A DNA stretch of 64,000 nucleotides from Prochlorococcus sp. AG-409-L18 (GCA_003215535.1 QCKG01000004.1:51496-115495); one strand, 5' to 3'; positions 31,884 through 41,134 are shown, numbered from the stretch's first letter. The notes: generated by a model not told the origin, from the sequence alone. A program made the numbers and translations.

Positions 31884-31916
31884 GCCGGGTAGGGAAACAT
31901 CTCTACCCGGCATTTT
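31884..31916 (+). terminator. Rho-independent terminator of petE
   Basis: Stem gccgggtag (31884-31892) pairs with ctacccggc (31903-31911). It is followed by atttta and lies 42 nt after the petE stop. Confidence 0.7.
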
Positions 31917-31979
31917 AATAACAAAAAACAAAGATCTCCTAAATCAATCATCCTCCTAAAGTCTCTTTAACTAGAAACA

Positions 31980-32204
31980 ATGACAAGAGAAGGCCTTTCT
32001 GAATTCTTGAATGCAATTGATCGAAGTTCCAAATTAAGAAGAGAACTAGTAAAATGTAAGGATAAGGAAAGCCTCCTAAGAATAGCTGCAAACTATGGTT
32101 TTCCAATTAATGCTAAAGATCTTGCGGAAGACGAAGCAGCGGAAAAGATAAGCAATTGGTTTAACCTAAGCAAGGTATCTTCAATAAAAAAAACTAAGAG
32201 CTGA
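31980..32204 (+). CDS. Small Nif11-domain protein (Nif11-type leader-like peptide)
   Basis: 74 aa. MTREGLSEFLNAIDRSSKLRRELVKCKDKESLLRIAANYGFPINAKDL fits the Nif11 N-terminal domain pattern (L..FL..v..d..L...L........l..iA...GF.i...dl). Confidence 0.65.
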   Translation: MTREGLSEFLNAIDRSSKLRRELVKCKDKESLLRIAANYGFPINAKDLAEDEAAEKISNWFNLSKVSSIKKTKS

Positions 32205-32361
32205 ACTTTCCTTGTAGAAATAAATACAAGCAAAGAAGCAAGGCACCAAGTTCTGGCGAGATTACCGAACTTCAATGAGAATACCGAACAATTTTCATCG
32301 GTTTACCTAACAAGTTAGATCAGTCTTTCTGAATAAAATCAAAACAGATAGTATTAGGTTC

Positions 32362-34953
32362 ATGCAACCAAGGGCTGAACAATTTACAGAAAAGGCCTGG
32401 AGCTCAATTCTCTCGGCGCAGCAACTTGCTCAAGACAAGAAACACCAACAAATAGAAACAGAACATCTATTCCTAAAACTTATTGAAGAGAATGAATTAG
32501 CCAAAAGAATTCTTAAGAAAGCAAACGCCTCATTAATTAATCTTAAGGAAAAAACCGAGGCTTTCATGAATCAACAGCCTAAAATGCTTAGAATCCAAGA
32601 AGCTCTTTATATAGGAAATGGGTTAAAAAAAAGTATTAAACAAGCCAACGAAATTAAATCATCCTTCAAAGATGACTTCATCTCAACTGAACATTTATTA
32701 CTTGCACTCACCAAAGACAACCGATGTTGTAGAAAACTTCTTAGAACCGAAGAAGTTTATTTCGACAGCCTCAAAACGATAGTGAATTCAGTTCGAGGCA
32801 ATCAAAAAGTGACTGATCAGAACTCAGAAGATAACTATGAATCTCTTGAAAAATATGGAAGAGACCTGACTGCTGAAGCTAGAGAAGGAAGACTGGACCC
32901 AGTAATTGGTAGAGATGAAGAAATTAGACGTACTATTCAGATTCTGAGCCGCCGAACAAAAAACAATCCAGTTCTTATAGGTGAGCCAGGTGTAGGTAAA
33001 ACAGCAATAGTTGAATTATTAGCTCAAAGAATCATCAATGGAGATGTGCCTTCTGCACTCAATAATCGCAAGTTAATTGCCCTAGATATGGGTGCACTTA
33101 TTGCAGGTGCTAAATACAGAGGAGAATTTGAAGAACGCCTTAAGGCAGTTCTCAAAGAAGTAACCTCTTCTGAAGGGCAAATCATTCTATTTATAGATGA
33201 AATTCATACAGTTGTTGGAGCTGGTGCAACTGGTGGCGCAATGGATGCAAGCAATCTCCTTAAGCCGATGCTCTCAAGAGGAGAGCTCAGATGCATAGGA
33301 GCAACAACGCTTAGTGAGCATCGGCAGCATATAGAAAAGGATCCAGCACTAGAAAGAAGATTCCAACAAGTACTAATTACTCAGCCTAGTGTTGAAGACA
33401 CAATTTCTATACTTCGCGGTCTAAAAGAGCGATATGAGGTCCATCACGGTGTACGTATTTCTGACAATGCTTTAGTAGCTGCAGCAACTCTTAGCAATCG
33501 ATATGTTTCAGATCGATTCCTACCAGACAAAGCAATTGATTTAGTTGATGAATCAGCATCAAGACTAAAGATGGAGATAACTTCAAAACCAGAAGAAATA
33601 GATGAAATTGACAGGAAAATATTACAGTTAGAGATGGAAAATCTCTCATTAGCAAGAGAATCAGATTCTGCAAGTAAAGAGCGCCTGGAAAAAATCAAAA
33701 GAGAACTATCTGATCTAACTTCTCAACAAGTATTATTAAATCAACAATGGCAAAAAGAAAAAGAGTCAATCAATGAAATTTCCACAATAAAGGAAGAGAT
33801 TGAGCGCGTTCAATTACAAATAGATCAAGCAAAAAGAGATTATGACCTTAACAAAGCAGCCGAGTTAGAATACGGAACACTTGTTGAATTACAAGATAAG
33901 CTTTCAAAAAAAGAGACTATTCTAAATCAAACAGACAACTCCGTACAAAAACCAATACTCAGGGAAGAAGTTACTGAAGAAGATATTGGCGATGTGATTG
34001 CAAAGTGGACAAATATTCCTGTGTCAAAATTATGTCAGTCTGAGATGGAAAAACTCTTAAACCTAGAAAAGGAATTGCACCAAAGAGTCATTGGCCAAAA
34101 TGAAGCAGTTGTAGCGGTTGCTGATTCTATACAGCGTTCAAGGGCTGGAATGAGTGATCCAAATCGACCTATAGCAAGTTTCTTATTCCTAGGGCCTACG
34201 GGCGTAGGGAAAACAGAACTCTCAAAAACACTTGCCTATCAATTATTTGACACTGAAACCGCATTAGTGCGTTTTGACATGTCTGAATATATGGAAAAGC
34301 ATAGTGTAAGCAGATTAATAGGAGCCCCACCTGGATATATTGGATACGAAGAAGGAGGACAACTAACTGAGACTGTAAGAAGAAAGCCTTATTGCGTTTT
34401 ATTGTTTGATGAGATTGAGAAAGCCCATAAAGATATATTCAATGTAATGCTTCAAATACTTGATGAGGGTCGGGTCACTGACGGGAAAGGTAGAACAGTT
34501 AACTTCAAGAATACTGTAATCATCCTAACTAGCAATATAGCAAGCGAAATAATCCTCGAACAGGCAGAAATAAAACAAGGACAAGACAAAGTTGAGGAAA
34601 TAATCAAGAATGCTGTAAAAAGAAGTTTCAAACCAGAATTTATAAACAGACTAGATTGTTCAATAATCTTCCACCGTTTAAAAGAAGAGGAGCTTTTAAA
34701 AATTGTTTCTTTGCAGATACGTAACCTAAGGGAAAGATTAGGACAAAAAGGTCTTATTCTAGAAATAACTCAATCGGTTTTGGAATGGATAGCAAAAGAT
34801 GGGTTTGATCCAGTATATGGAGCTAGGCCAATTAAACGTTCTATTCAAAAGAATTTAGAGACACCTATAGCAAAAGAAATCCTTAGAGGTAAATACCCAA
34901 AAGGTACACAAATAAAAGTTGATATAAAAAACGATCATATTGAATTTAGGTGA
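32362..34953 (+). CDS. clpB: ATP-dependent chaperone ClpB
   Basis: 863 aa with a Clp N-domain, two AAA+ modules (GEPGVGKTA; GPTGVGKTE) and a long coiled-coil middle domain. Confidence 0.95.
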   Translation: MQPRAEQFTEKAWSSILSAQQLAQDKKHQQIETEHLFLKLIEENELAKRILKKANASLINLKEKTEAFMNQQPKMLRIQEALYIGNGLKKSIKQANEIKSSFKDDFISTEHLLLALTKDNRCCRKLLRTEEVYFDSLKTIVNSVRGNQKVTDQNSEDNYESLEKYGRDLTAEAREGRLDPVIGRDEEIRRTIQILSRRTKNNPVLIGEPGVGKTAIVELLAQRIINGDVPSALNNRKLIALDMGALIAGAKYRGEFEERLKAVLKEVTSSEGQIILFIDEIHTVVGAGATGGAMDASNLLKPMLSRGELRCIGATTLSEHRQHIEKDPALERRFQQVLITQPSVEDTISILRGLKERYEVHHGVRISDNALVAAATLSNRYVSDRFLPDKAIDLVDESASRLKMEITSKPEEIDEIDRKILQLEMENLSLARESDSASKERLEKIKRELSDLTSQQVLLNQQWQKEKESINEISTIKEEIERVQLQIDQAKRDYDLNKAAELEYGTLVELQDKLSKKETILNQTDNSVQKPILREEVTEEDIGDVIAKWTNIPVSKLCQSEMEKLLNLEKELHQRVIGQNEAVVAVADSIQRSRAGMSDPNRPIASFLFLGPTGVGKTELSKTLAYQLFDTETALVRFDMSEYMEKHSVSRLIGAPPGYIGYEEGGQLTETVRRKPYCVLLFDEIEKAHKDIFNVMLQILDEGRVTDGKGRTVNFKNTVIILTSNIASEIILEQAEIKQGQDKVEEIIKNAVKRSFKPEFINRLDCSIIFHRLKEEELLKIVSLQIRNLRERLGQKGLILEITQSVLEWIAKDGFDPVYGARPIKRSIQKNLETPIAKEILRGKYPKGTQIKVDIKNDHIEFR

Positions 34954-35217
34954 TTATCAAATAAAAAAGTTTTTACATACTTAGGTACAAGTGCAGATCG
35001 GACCAATTAATATCAAGTGATCCCATTTTATCGATGGCTTCATTTAGAACAAACATTCCAAAGCCTATAGGGATGAGCTCAGATGAAAAGGTCTAGATAG
35101 ATATTTTAGCTGGCAAAGTTAGTCATGAGCGAATAATTTAGTTGCCAAAATATATCCAACAAGCATAATTAGGATAGCTATCTAAATAGATCTTATATAA
35201 TCTTCCAATGGGAAAGC

Positions 35218-35691
35218 CTAAATAGGCTTAAACCATTCAGGGGTCAAATCAAAACGAGCTGCATTAAACCCATTTTCGCGCGCTTCAGTCCTCCAACAGC
35301 ATGTTCTCCCTTCATCTCTCTCTTGCAAAAGAGAATTTGCCCAGCTCCAAATCAGCTCTGCCGTAGATTCCATACCAACATTGTCCATTACACGCAAATC
35401 CAATGCTTCAGCCTCATGCAATTTCTTCCAATATGACAGGAGTGGATCATCGCCATTTATCAAAAAGGTATGGTCAAATTGATTGCTTAACTTCTGCTCA
35501 AGGGGTTTAAGACTTGAAAAATCAACCACAAATCCATACTCATCAAGATGACTTGCAGCAAACCAGAAAGTAAAGCTCCGACTATATCCATGGACATATC
35601 TACAATGGCCTGGATGTTTCCATTGTCTATGACAGCAAGGGTAACCATCGAAATGCTTGCTACAAGTGTGATTAAAAACAGGCATGGACAT
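35218..35691 (-). CDS. queD: 6-carboxytetrahydropterin / 6-pyruvoyl-tetrahydropterin synthase family protein
   Basis: PTPS-family motifs (CCHRQWKHPGHCRYVHGYS, FVVDFSSLKP). The track start is TTG 35727, but ATG 35691 (MSMPVF...) is more likely. Confidence 0.65.
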   Translation of the reverse strand: MSMPVFNHTCSKHFDGYPCCHRQWKHPGHCRYVHGYSRSFTFWFAASHLDEYGFVVDFSSLKPLEQKLSNQFDHTFLINGDDPLLSYWKKLHEAEALDLRVMDNVGMESTAELIWSWANSLLQERDEGRTCCWRTEARENGFNAARFDLTPEWFKPI

Positions 35692-35757
35692 ATAAATGGA
35701 GTTTAAGGAAATTGAATAAAGGACCAATCCAAATCATTGATTTTTTTGATCTCCAAT

Positions 35758-36423
35758 ATGAAACCACTAAATTCAACCTTCATCGAAACACTTGATTTTA
35801 ATGAGAAAGGTCTAATTCCTGCTATCGCTCAAGACTGGCTTGATGGTGCCATCCTTATGATGGCCTGGATGAACAGAGAATCAATAGAAAAGACTATTAG
35901 TACAGGGGAAGTACATTATTGGAGCCGTTCTAGAAAAGAACTATGGCATAAGGGAGAAACAAGCGGCAATACGCAACAACTCAAGGAGATTCGTTATGAC
36001 TGTGATGCAGACGTATTACTCCTTATAATTGAGCAAACAGGAGTGGCCTGTCATACAGGAGTTAGGAGTTGTTTTTTCTCTGGGGTAGGGGATTCCCATG
36101 AACAACCTCTATTGGAAGTTTCTCCTCATTTAGATACTTGCAGTGAATTATTCCAGGTAATTGAACATCGTCGTTGCATGCCGGAGCAAGGTAGCTATAC
36201 AAATAAACTTTTAGCAGAGGGTGATAATCTAATCCTCAAGAAAATTGGAGAAGAAAGTACTGAATTAGTCATGGCCTTTAAAGACGATGAGAAAGATTCC
36301 ATCGCAAATGAAGCTGCTGACCTAATTTTTCATGTTCAAGTAGCCCTTTCAAAGCATAAAGTAAATTGGAGAGACGTTCTTAAAGTTCTAGAAAAAAGAA
36401 GAGGAGGTCCAAGAAGATCATAA
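35758..36423 (+). CDS. hisIE: Bifunctional phosphoribosyl-AMP cyclohydrolase / phosphoribosyl-ATP pyrophosphatase
   Basis: HisI part ([39 protein letters not shown]) followed by a HisE part (SYTNKLL..G...[11 protein letters not shown]). The track start is TTG 35737 and the first ATG is at 35758. Confidence 0.9.
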   Translation: MKPLNSTFIETLDFNEKGLIPAIAQDWLDGAILMMAWMNRESIEKTISTGEVHYWSRSRKELWHKGETSGNTQQLKEIRYDCDADVLLLIIEQTGVACHTGVRSCFFSGVGDSHEQPLLEVSPHLDTCSELFQVIEHRRCMPEQGSYTNKLLAEGDNLILKKIGEESTELVMAFKDDEKDSIANEAADLIFHVQVALSKHKVNWRDVLKVLEKRRGGPRRS

Positions 36424-36494
36424 TAAGAAAACAAAAATTATCCTCAATCAAATTTTCTATTCAAATAAGAATTTCAAAAAAATGATTCATCAGC

Positions 36495-37085
36495 TCAAGA
36501 GGAAATTCCTACTCCCCTTGACATAAAAGTTGCAAGGAGGGGAATAGAAGCGAAGCCTAATAATTCAACATTAAGGAACCAACCAAGTCTACCAACCAAA
36601 TCTTTACTGACCTTTGGCAACTCTCCCTTCTGCAGGGGTACAGCCCATAATATATAGGTAATTGTAGGGTAAAGAGACAATGCTCCTACAAAAAGGAAAA
36701 TTCCTACCTTGATCCAAAACAAAGGGTTATGTGTATAGAACTCAGTACCATTACCGAAATAGAGGACTCTAAGAATTCCACTTATCAAGAGCGCTAAAGC
36801 GGCCAAACCGTAGGTTACATCTGTCAGGACCATTGCTATTGCTTCTCCTCGTGAAGGGTTGACCTTCAAAAGTTTTCGTTCTAGCACCAAAGCAGCAAAA
36901 CAAAACATAAAACTCAGGTAGTGGATATAGGCAACCAAAGCACTTTTTGCAATCTCTGGAGGGAGAAGAGTTCCCAGAAGCATCAGGTCATTGAGCATTA
37001 ATCTTGACGGTAGCGTGGATCTCAGCATTGTCTTGAGGACGATGCTGAGGAAATGAACAGATAATCCTTTTACTCCAAAGAGCAA
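36495..37085 (-). CDS. Conserved hypothetical integral membrane protein
   Basis: 196-aa ORF with about five hydrophobic helices. The TTG start in the track is uncertain (alternative ATG at 37028). Confidence 0.45.
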   Translation of the reverse strand: MLFGVKGLSVHFLSIVLKTMLRSTLPSRLMLNDLMLLGTLLPPEIAKSALVAYIHYLSFMFCFAALVLERKLLKVNPSRGEAIAMVLTDVTYGLAALALLISGILRVLYFGNGTEFYTHNPLFWIKVGIFLFVGALSLYPTITYILWAVPLQKGELPKVSKDLVGRLGWFLNVELLGFASIPLLATFMSRGVGISS

Positions 37086-37194
37086 CTATGGAGCAAGCCT
37101 GTCAATAAGAGAAAAAAATGAATTCCGAACTCTTTCTTACACGGGAAGAATAGATACACATAGGGCCTAAGTTCAATAAATAAAGGAATTAAAG

Positions 37195-38121
37195 ATGGTG
37201 AGTTCTTTAAGTGCATTTCTTGGTGAGATCGGACGTCACCAACTCCTAACGCCCGAACAGGAGCTCACCATGGGCAGAAAAGTTCAGGCAATGGTTACAA
37301 TTACTGAACGTTGTCGCCTTGCAGGGGGAGATGGTCCTGAATGCAAATATACCGCCGAAGAGCGTCGCACAATCCGACGAGGGGAAAAGGCCAAAAATCA
37401 AATGATCACGGCGAATTTAAGGCTTGTAGTTAATTTAGCTAAGCGATATCAAGGGAAGGGTTTGGATCTTCTTGATCTAATTCAAGAAGGGACGCTTGGA
37501 CTCACAAGAGCAGTTGAAAAATACGACCCAAAACGAGGTCATCGATTCTCTACTTACGCCTACTGGTGGATTAGACAGGGTCTAAATAGAGCCCTCTCAA
37601 CCCAAAGCAGAACAATTAGGATCCCTGTGAATGTAAACGAGAAGCTGACCAAGCTAAGAGCAGCAAAATCCAAATTCATGCAAGCTAATGGTATTCAGCC
37701 AACTGCAATTCAACTATCTAAGATGATGGGCATTCCCCTGACCGAAGTTGAAGAGCTTCTCTCATGTGAATTAAGAAGCATCACCGTAAGCCTGCAAGGA
37801 GTTGTTAAATCAAAATCAGATCCCTCTGAACTTGTCGATATTCTTGCTTGCGAACAGACACCTCCAATGGAATTAGCCGAATTAGCCGAAAGAAGTGCCA
37901 CCGTCTGGAAATTACTCGAGGAATCAAATCTCACTCCTAAAGAAAGAACTGTTGTGACTCTTAGGTTTGGATTGGATGGTACAAATGAATGGCGAACTTT
38001 GGCTGAGGTTGCTCGTCATATGCATTGCAGCAGGGAATACTGTCGACAAGTTGTCCAAAGAGCTTTGCGAAAACTCAAAAAAACCGGAATTCAGACTGGG
38101 CTAGTAGAAACCTGCGTATAA
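37195..38121 (+). CDS. RNA polymerase sigma-70 family factor (group 2-like)
   Basis: Region 2 (ANLRLVVNLAKRYQGKGLDLLDLIQEGTLGL..AVEKYDP.RG.RFSTYAYWWIRQ), region 3, and a region 4 HTH (TLAEVARHMHCSREYCRQV). Confidence 0.9.
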   Translation: MVSSLSAFLGEIGRHQLLTPEQELTMGRKVQAMVTITERCRLAGGDGPECKYTAEERRTIRRGEKAKNQMITANLRLVVNLAKRYQGKGLDLLDLIQEGTLGLTRAVEKYDPKRGHRFSTYAYWWIRQGLNRALSTQSRTIRIPVNVNEKLTKLRAAKSKFMQANGIQPTAIQLSKMMGIPLTEVEELLSCELRSITVSLQGVVKSKSDPSELVDILACEQTPPMELAELAERSATVWKLLEESNLTPKERTVVTLRFGLDGTNEWRTLAEVARHMHCSREYCRQVVQRALRKLKKTGIQTGLVETCV

Positions 38122-38230
38122 AGACAATACATTTAGTCATTAGAATCGTTGAAATGATCCAGGTCAAGACAAGTTAATTATGAATCCAAATAGATCTAAA
38201 AGAAATAGACTCTAACCTCTCTCAAAAGCT

Positions 38231-38596
38231 ATGCCTGAAAAATATTCAGCCAAAACAAATACCGTTGAAGCAGAGGTTCTAGAAAGCTCTGTAATAGATG
38301 AAGGAATTTTTCAAAAAGTATTAATCAGAGCTGGACGTACCATTGCCCAGCCTGCTCTCGAAGCACTCGAGATGATTTTAGATCCGTCGACCTCACCCCA
38401 AGCAAGATTGACAATGCTTGCTGCGCTTACATACTTATTAATGCCATATGATTTGATACCCGATTTCATTCCAGCAGCAGGGTTTAGTGATGACCTTGTT
38501 GCACTGACTGCAGTTATAAGTTTGTGGAACAGCCACATCACACCTCAGATTCGAACTCGAGCACGTCAAAAGCTCGACAAATGGTTCCCACTCTGA
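38231..38596 (+). CDS. DUF1232 (YkvA-like) membrane protein
   Basis: Characteristic motif YDLIPDFIPAAGFSDDLVAL. 121 aa. Confidence 0.6.
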   Translation: MPEKYSAKTNTVEAEVLESSVIDEGIFQKVLIRAGRTIAQPALEALEMILDPSTSPQARLTMLAALTYLLMPYDLIPDFIPAAGFSDDLVALTAVISLWNSHITPQIRTRARQKLDKWFPL

Positions 38597-38601
38597 AAAC
38601 A

Positions 38602-38925
38602 ATGCAAACTTGGTCAACAGAAATAGAAACAGAAATAGCCTCACTCCTAAAAGATTGGCTGAAGCAACAAGGAAAAACACAGGCAGACCTAAGCCGAAGC
38701 CTTAAAGCCATGTCAACAAGAATGCCAGCCTTATTAGAAGTACTTAAGCAAGAATATTTATCAGGTGGGACACCTAAACTAGCTAAGCGACTTTGCGAAG
38801 TTGAAAAAGAATGGTCGCTAGAAAAGCAAATTCCTTACAAAGATGAGGGAGGAGAAGAGTCTAAAGATCCCTTTGGTCAACTTGATCTGATACTTCAAGA
38901 CATTAGAGATAATTGTGAAGATTAA
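38602..38925 (+). CDS. Hypothetical protein (possible HTH-like N-terminus)
   Basis: The track ORF 38524-38925 overlaps the DUF1232 gene. The likely start is ATG 38602 (MQTWSTEIETEIASLLKDWLKQQGKTQADLSRSL...). Confidence 0.4.
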   Translation: MQTWSTEIETEIASLLKDWLKQQGKTQADLSRSLKAMSTRMPALLEVLKQEYLSGGTPKLAKRLCEVEKEWSLEKQIPYKDEGGEESKDPFGQLDLILQDIRDNCED

Positions 38926-39041
38926 GACAAATAAAAGTAAACACCTAAATACAAAGTCAAAGCCTGCATTGTAAAAATAAATTGAATGACTTGTTGTACT
39001 CTTCTGTCATTATCTCTTAGTTCTTTAGGATTAATATCCGC

Positions 39042-39563
39042 CTAATCCCAAAATATTGCCAGCCAAATTGTTCCAGGATAAGGATCTGTTCTTTCGACAC
39101 GATGCAAACGATTTGAATCTAAGTGCATATAATCTCCTACCCCTAGATCCACAAAACAATCTGGATCCTTCAATCTAAGGCGAGCACTTCCACGCAAAAC
39201 AGCTATCCACTCGTTCTCATTTTGGTCATACCAAAAGCCCTCCTTACTTTTTGCAGCACATGAAAGAATTAGCTCTATTCGCCAATTTGAACCTGCTTGA
39301 AGTAAGTGCCTTTCCTCAAGTCCAGCTGAAGGCAATGAACGACCAAACAAGTTTTCCACATTAAGCACTGGATCCTCATTAACCACATCTCCCCACCTTC
39401 GCCCTATCTCATAACCCCAAGATCTGGCTAGCTGTACCACTTGATTGTGATCTTCACAAGCCTCTAATGCATCTCGGCGTCCTGGAGAGTGCTCTAAGGA
39501 ATCAACCATTTTCCGAAGCTGGTCAACCTTATCGAGAAAAAGCTTCAAGTCTTGTTTAGACAT
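39042..39563 (-). CDS. Nif11-domain / cupin-domain fusion protein
   Basis: N-terminus MSKQDLKLFLDKVDQLRKMV...NQVVQLARSWGYEI is Nif11-like. The C-terminal approximately 100 aa are a beta-rich cupin-like fold (WIAVLRGSARLRL...GDYMHLDSNRLHRVE). This matches the cyanobacteria-restricted nif11/cupin family I recall from TIGRFAMs. Confidence 0.65.
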   Translation of the reverse strand: MSKQDLKLFLDKVDQLRKMVDSLEHSPGRRDALEACEDHNQVVQLARSWGYEIGRRWGDVVNEDPVLNVENLFGRSLPSAGLEERHLLQAGSNWRIELILSCAAKSKEGFWYDQNENEWIAVLRGSARLRLKDPDCFVDLGVGDYMHLDSNRLHRVERTDPYPGTIWLAIFWD

Positions 39564-39889
39564 AAAAACCTCAAAAATACTTAAGCTGAAGTGATCTTGA
39601 GAAACTAAGAATCAACTTGTTAATAATATAAAGACAAATCGATGCATCTAAGCTTGAAAATTTATTGCTAAGAAATAAATCATCTAAAGGAACCATCATT
39701 AGATTATTAAACTTTAATCAAGAGTTCTAAAGAAATATCCCTAAAAGTCTTAAATTATTAGTCCAAAAGAATGACCCTATGAAATCCTTGAATAATTCCA
39801 ACTACTGCTCTCTTAAACCTTTCGCAAAGCTCTCCTCTCCTCTAGGTAAATTCTTAGTGAGTAAAAAATATCGTTTTAGTGTTCACAAC

Positions 39890-40285
39890 ATGATTACTTC
39901 GAATTTAGGCTGGAGGCAAAAGCAATTGAATATTGACTTTTATAAACAACACTTATATAGAGTGGCGATTGTTTCATTAATCTCTTTTTCATTGCTCACG
40001 CCTATTAGTTGCTTCGCTCTTGATAAGACTTCAGGAGAAAGTATCTTCTTGCAGCATTGCTCAGGATGTCATGTAAATGGAGGGAATATTATTCGTAGAG
40101 GTAAGAACCTTAAAATTAAAGCTCTAAAACGTAATGGCTTAGATAATCCAGAAGCAATTGCACAAATTGCTAGAAATGGGATTGGAAGCATGAGTGGTTA
40201 TTCAAATGTTCTTGCCGAAGGGGAAGACCAGATAGTTGCAGATTGGGTTTGGGAACAAGCTCAAAAAGCTTGGGTCCAAGGATAA
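39890..40285 (+). CDS. Cytochrome c6-like monohaem c-type cytochrome
   Basis: Haem motif CSGCH, likely axial Met in NGIGSMSGY, and a signal-like segment VAIVSLISFSLLTPISCFA. The track ORF starts at 39779, but a later ATG at 39890 is more plausible. Confidence 0.7.
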   Translation: MITSNLGWRQKQLNIDFYKQHLYRVAIVSLISFSLLTPISCFALDKTSGESIFLQHCSGCHVNGGNIIRRGKNLKIKALKRNGLDNPEAIAQIARNGIGSMSGYSNVLAEGEDQIVADWVWEQAQKAWVQG

Positions 40286-40530
40286 ACCTCTAACGACGTC
40301 CATATCCCCTCCTTCCAATAAATATCTTCTTCAAGTAGCTTTTTTACTTTATCCAAACTAGTCGCTTCAAATACTCCAAATACATAGCTACTACATTTTG
40401 TAGGACCTAGGGTGATCAATATTCCTTGGTCCTTAAGAATAGATAGCCTATTGAGGTGTTCTTGACGAAAAGGTGTACGCTTTTCAATCGCGTTTTCGCA
40501 GTAAGTGCCCCAAAGAACGAATTTCTCCAT
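40261..40530 (-). CDS. YciI-like protein
   Basis: 89 aa. MEKFVLWGTYCENAIEKRTPFRQEHLNRL... fits the YCII family. Its 3' end overlaps the convergent cytochrome gene by 25 nt. Confidence 0.6.
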   Translation of the reverse strand: MEKFVLWGTYCENAIEKRTPFRQEHLNRLSILKDQGILITLGPTKCSSYVFGVFEATSLDKVKKLLEEDIYWKEGIWTSLEVYPWTQAF

Positions 40531-40631
40531 ACTCCTAGCTTAGAAATCTTTAAGAACAATTGACTCATAAATAATTGCACAAATGGATGGGAAAAGGCTA
40601 TGTTATTTGTAGATCTCTAAATCTATTAGTC

Positions 40632-41000
40632 ATGCTAACTGGTAGCGACCTACTCAGCAAAGTCAAAGAACTTGGTAATGTAAGCAAATCTGATGTTGTC
40701 AAAGCATGTGGTTATGTCTCTACAAAGAAGGGTGGTGGTGATCGTCTAAACTTTACTGCTTTCTATGAAGCCCTACTTGAAGCTAAAGGTGTAAACCTTG
40801 GTGCTACTGGTACAGCTGGCATAGGTAAAGGTGGAAGGAAGCTTAGTTATGTGGCAACAGTTCAAGGTAATGGGAATCTTTTAATTGGCAAAGCATACAC
40901 AGCTTTACTAGATCTAAAATCAGGTGATGAATTTGAAATTAAATTAGGACGGAAGCAAATTAAACTTACACCAGTTGGCAGTGATGATAATGAGGATTAA
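40632..41000 (+). CDS. Cyanobacterial AbrB-type transcriptional regulator (cyAbrB; C-terminal SpoVT/AbrB domain)
   Basis: LTGSDLLSKVKELGNVSKSDVVKACGY...LNFTAFYEALLEAKGV plus a C-terminal GNLLIGKAYTALLDLKSGDEFEIKLGRKQIKL. Both closely resemble Sll0359/Sll0822-type cyAbrB proteins. Confidence 0.8.
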   Translation: MLTGSDLLSKVKELGNVSKSDVVKACGYVSTKKGGGDRLNFTAFYEALLEAKGVNLGATGTAGIGKGGRKLSYVATVQGNGNLLIGKAYTALLDLKSGDEFEIKLGRKQIKLTPVGSDDNED

Positions 41001-41043
41001 ATGTAATTACTTTTACTCCTTTTTCCAATAAAGCTCAAGATAT

Positions 41044-41108
41044 AGTGACTCGGTATTTTTAAAAGCTCTGAGATCTTTCCTCAGAGCTTTTAAAAATACC
41101 GAGTCACT
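41044..41108. repeat. 29-bp perfect inverted repeat with a 7-nt spacer; possible bidirectional terminator or processing site
   Basis: agtgactcggtatttttaaaagctctgag (41044-41072), spacer atctttc, then ctcagagcttttaaaaataccgagtcact (41080-41108). The arms are exact reverse complements. It lies between the convergent cyAbrB and trpA stops. Confidence 0.9.
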
Positions 41109-41134
41109 GCTAGTAATTTACTTTTTTCTTTTAA

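Noticed and set aside
31980-32204. Prochlorosin (lanthipeptide) precursor
   Set aside because: The Nif11-like leader is present, but there is no GG/GA cleavage motif, no Cys in the C-terminal segment and no LanM/ProcM or transporter gene in the window. It is kept only as an orphan Nif11 protein.
41003-41127. MITE with target-site duplication around the 29-bp inverted repeat
   Set aside because: The flanking direct repeats are imperfect (about 12 of 15), T-rich, and could arise by chance in AT-rich spacer DNA. Copy number cannot be assessed from one window. This is mentioned within the finding but not called as a mobile element.
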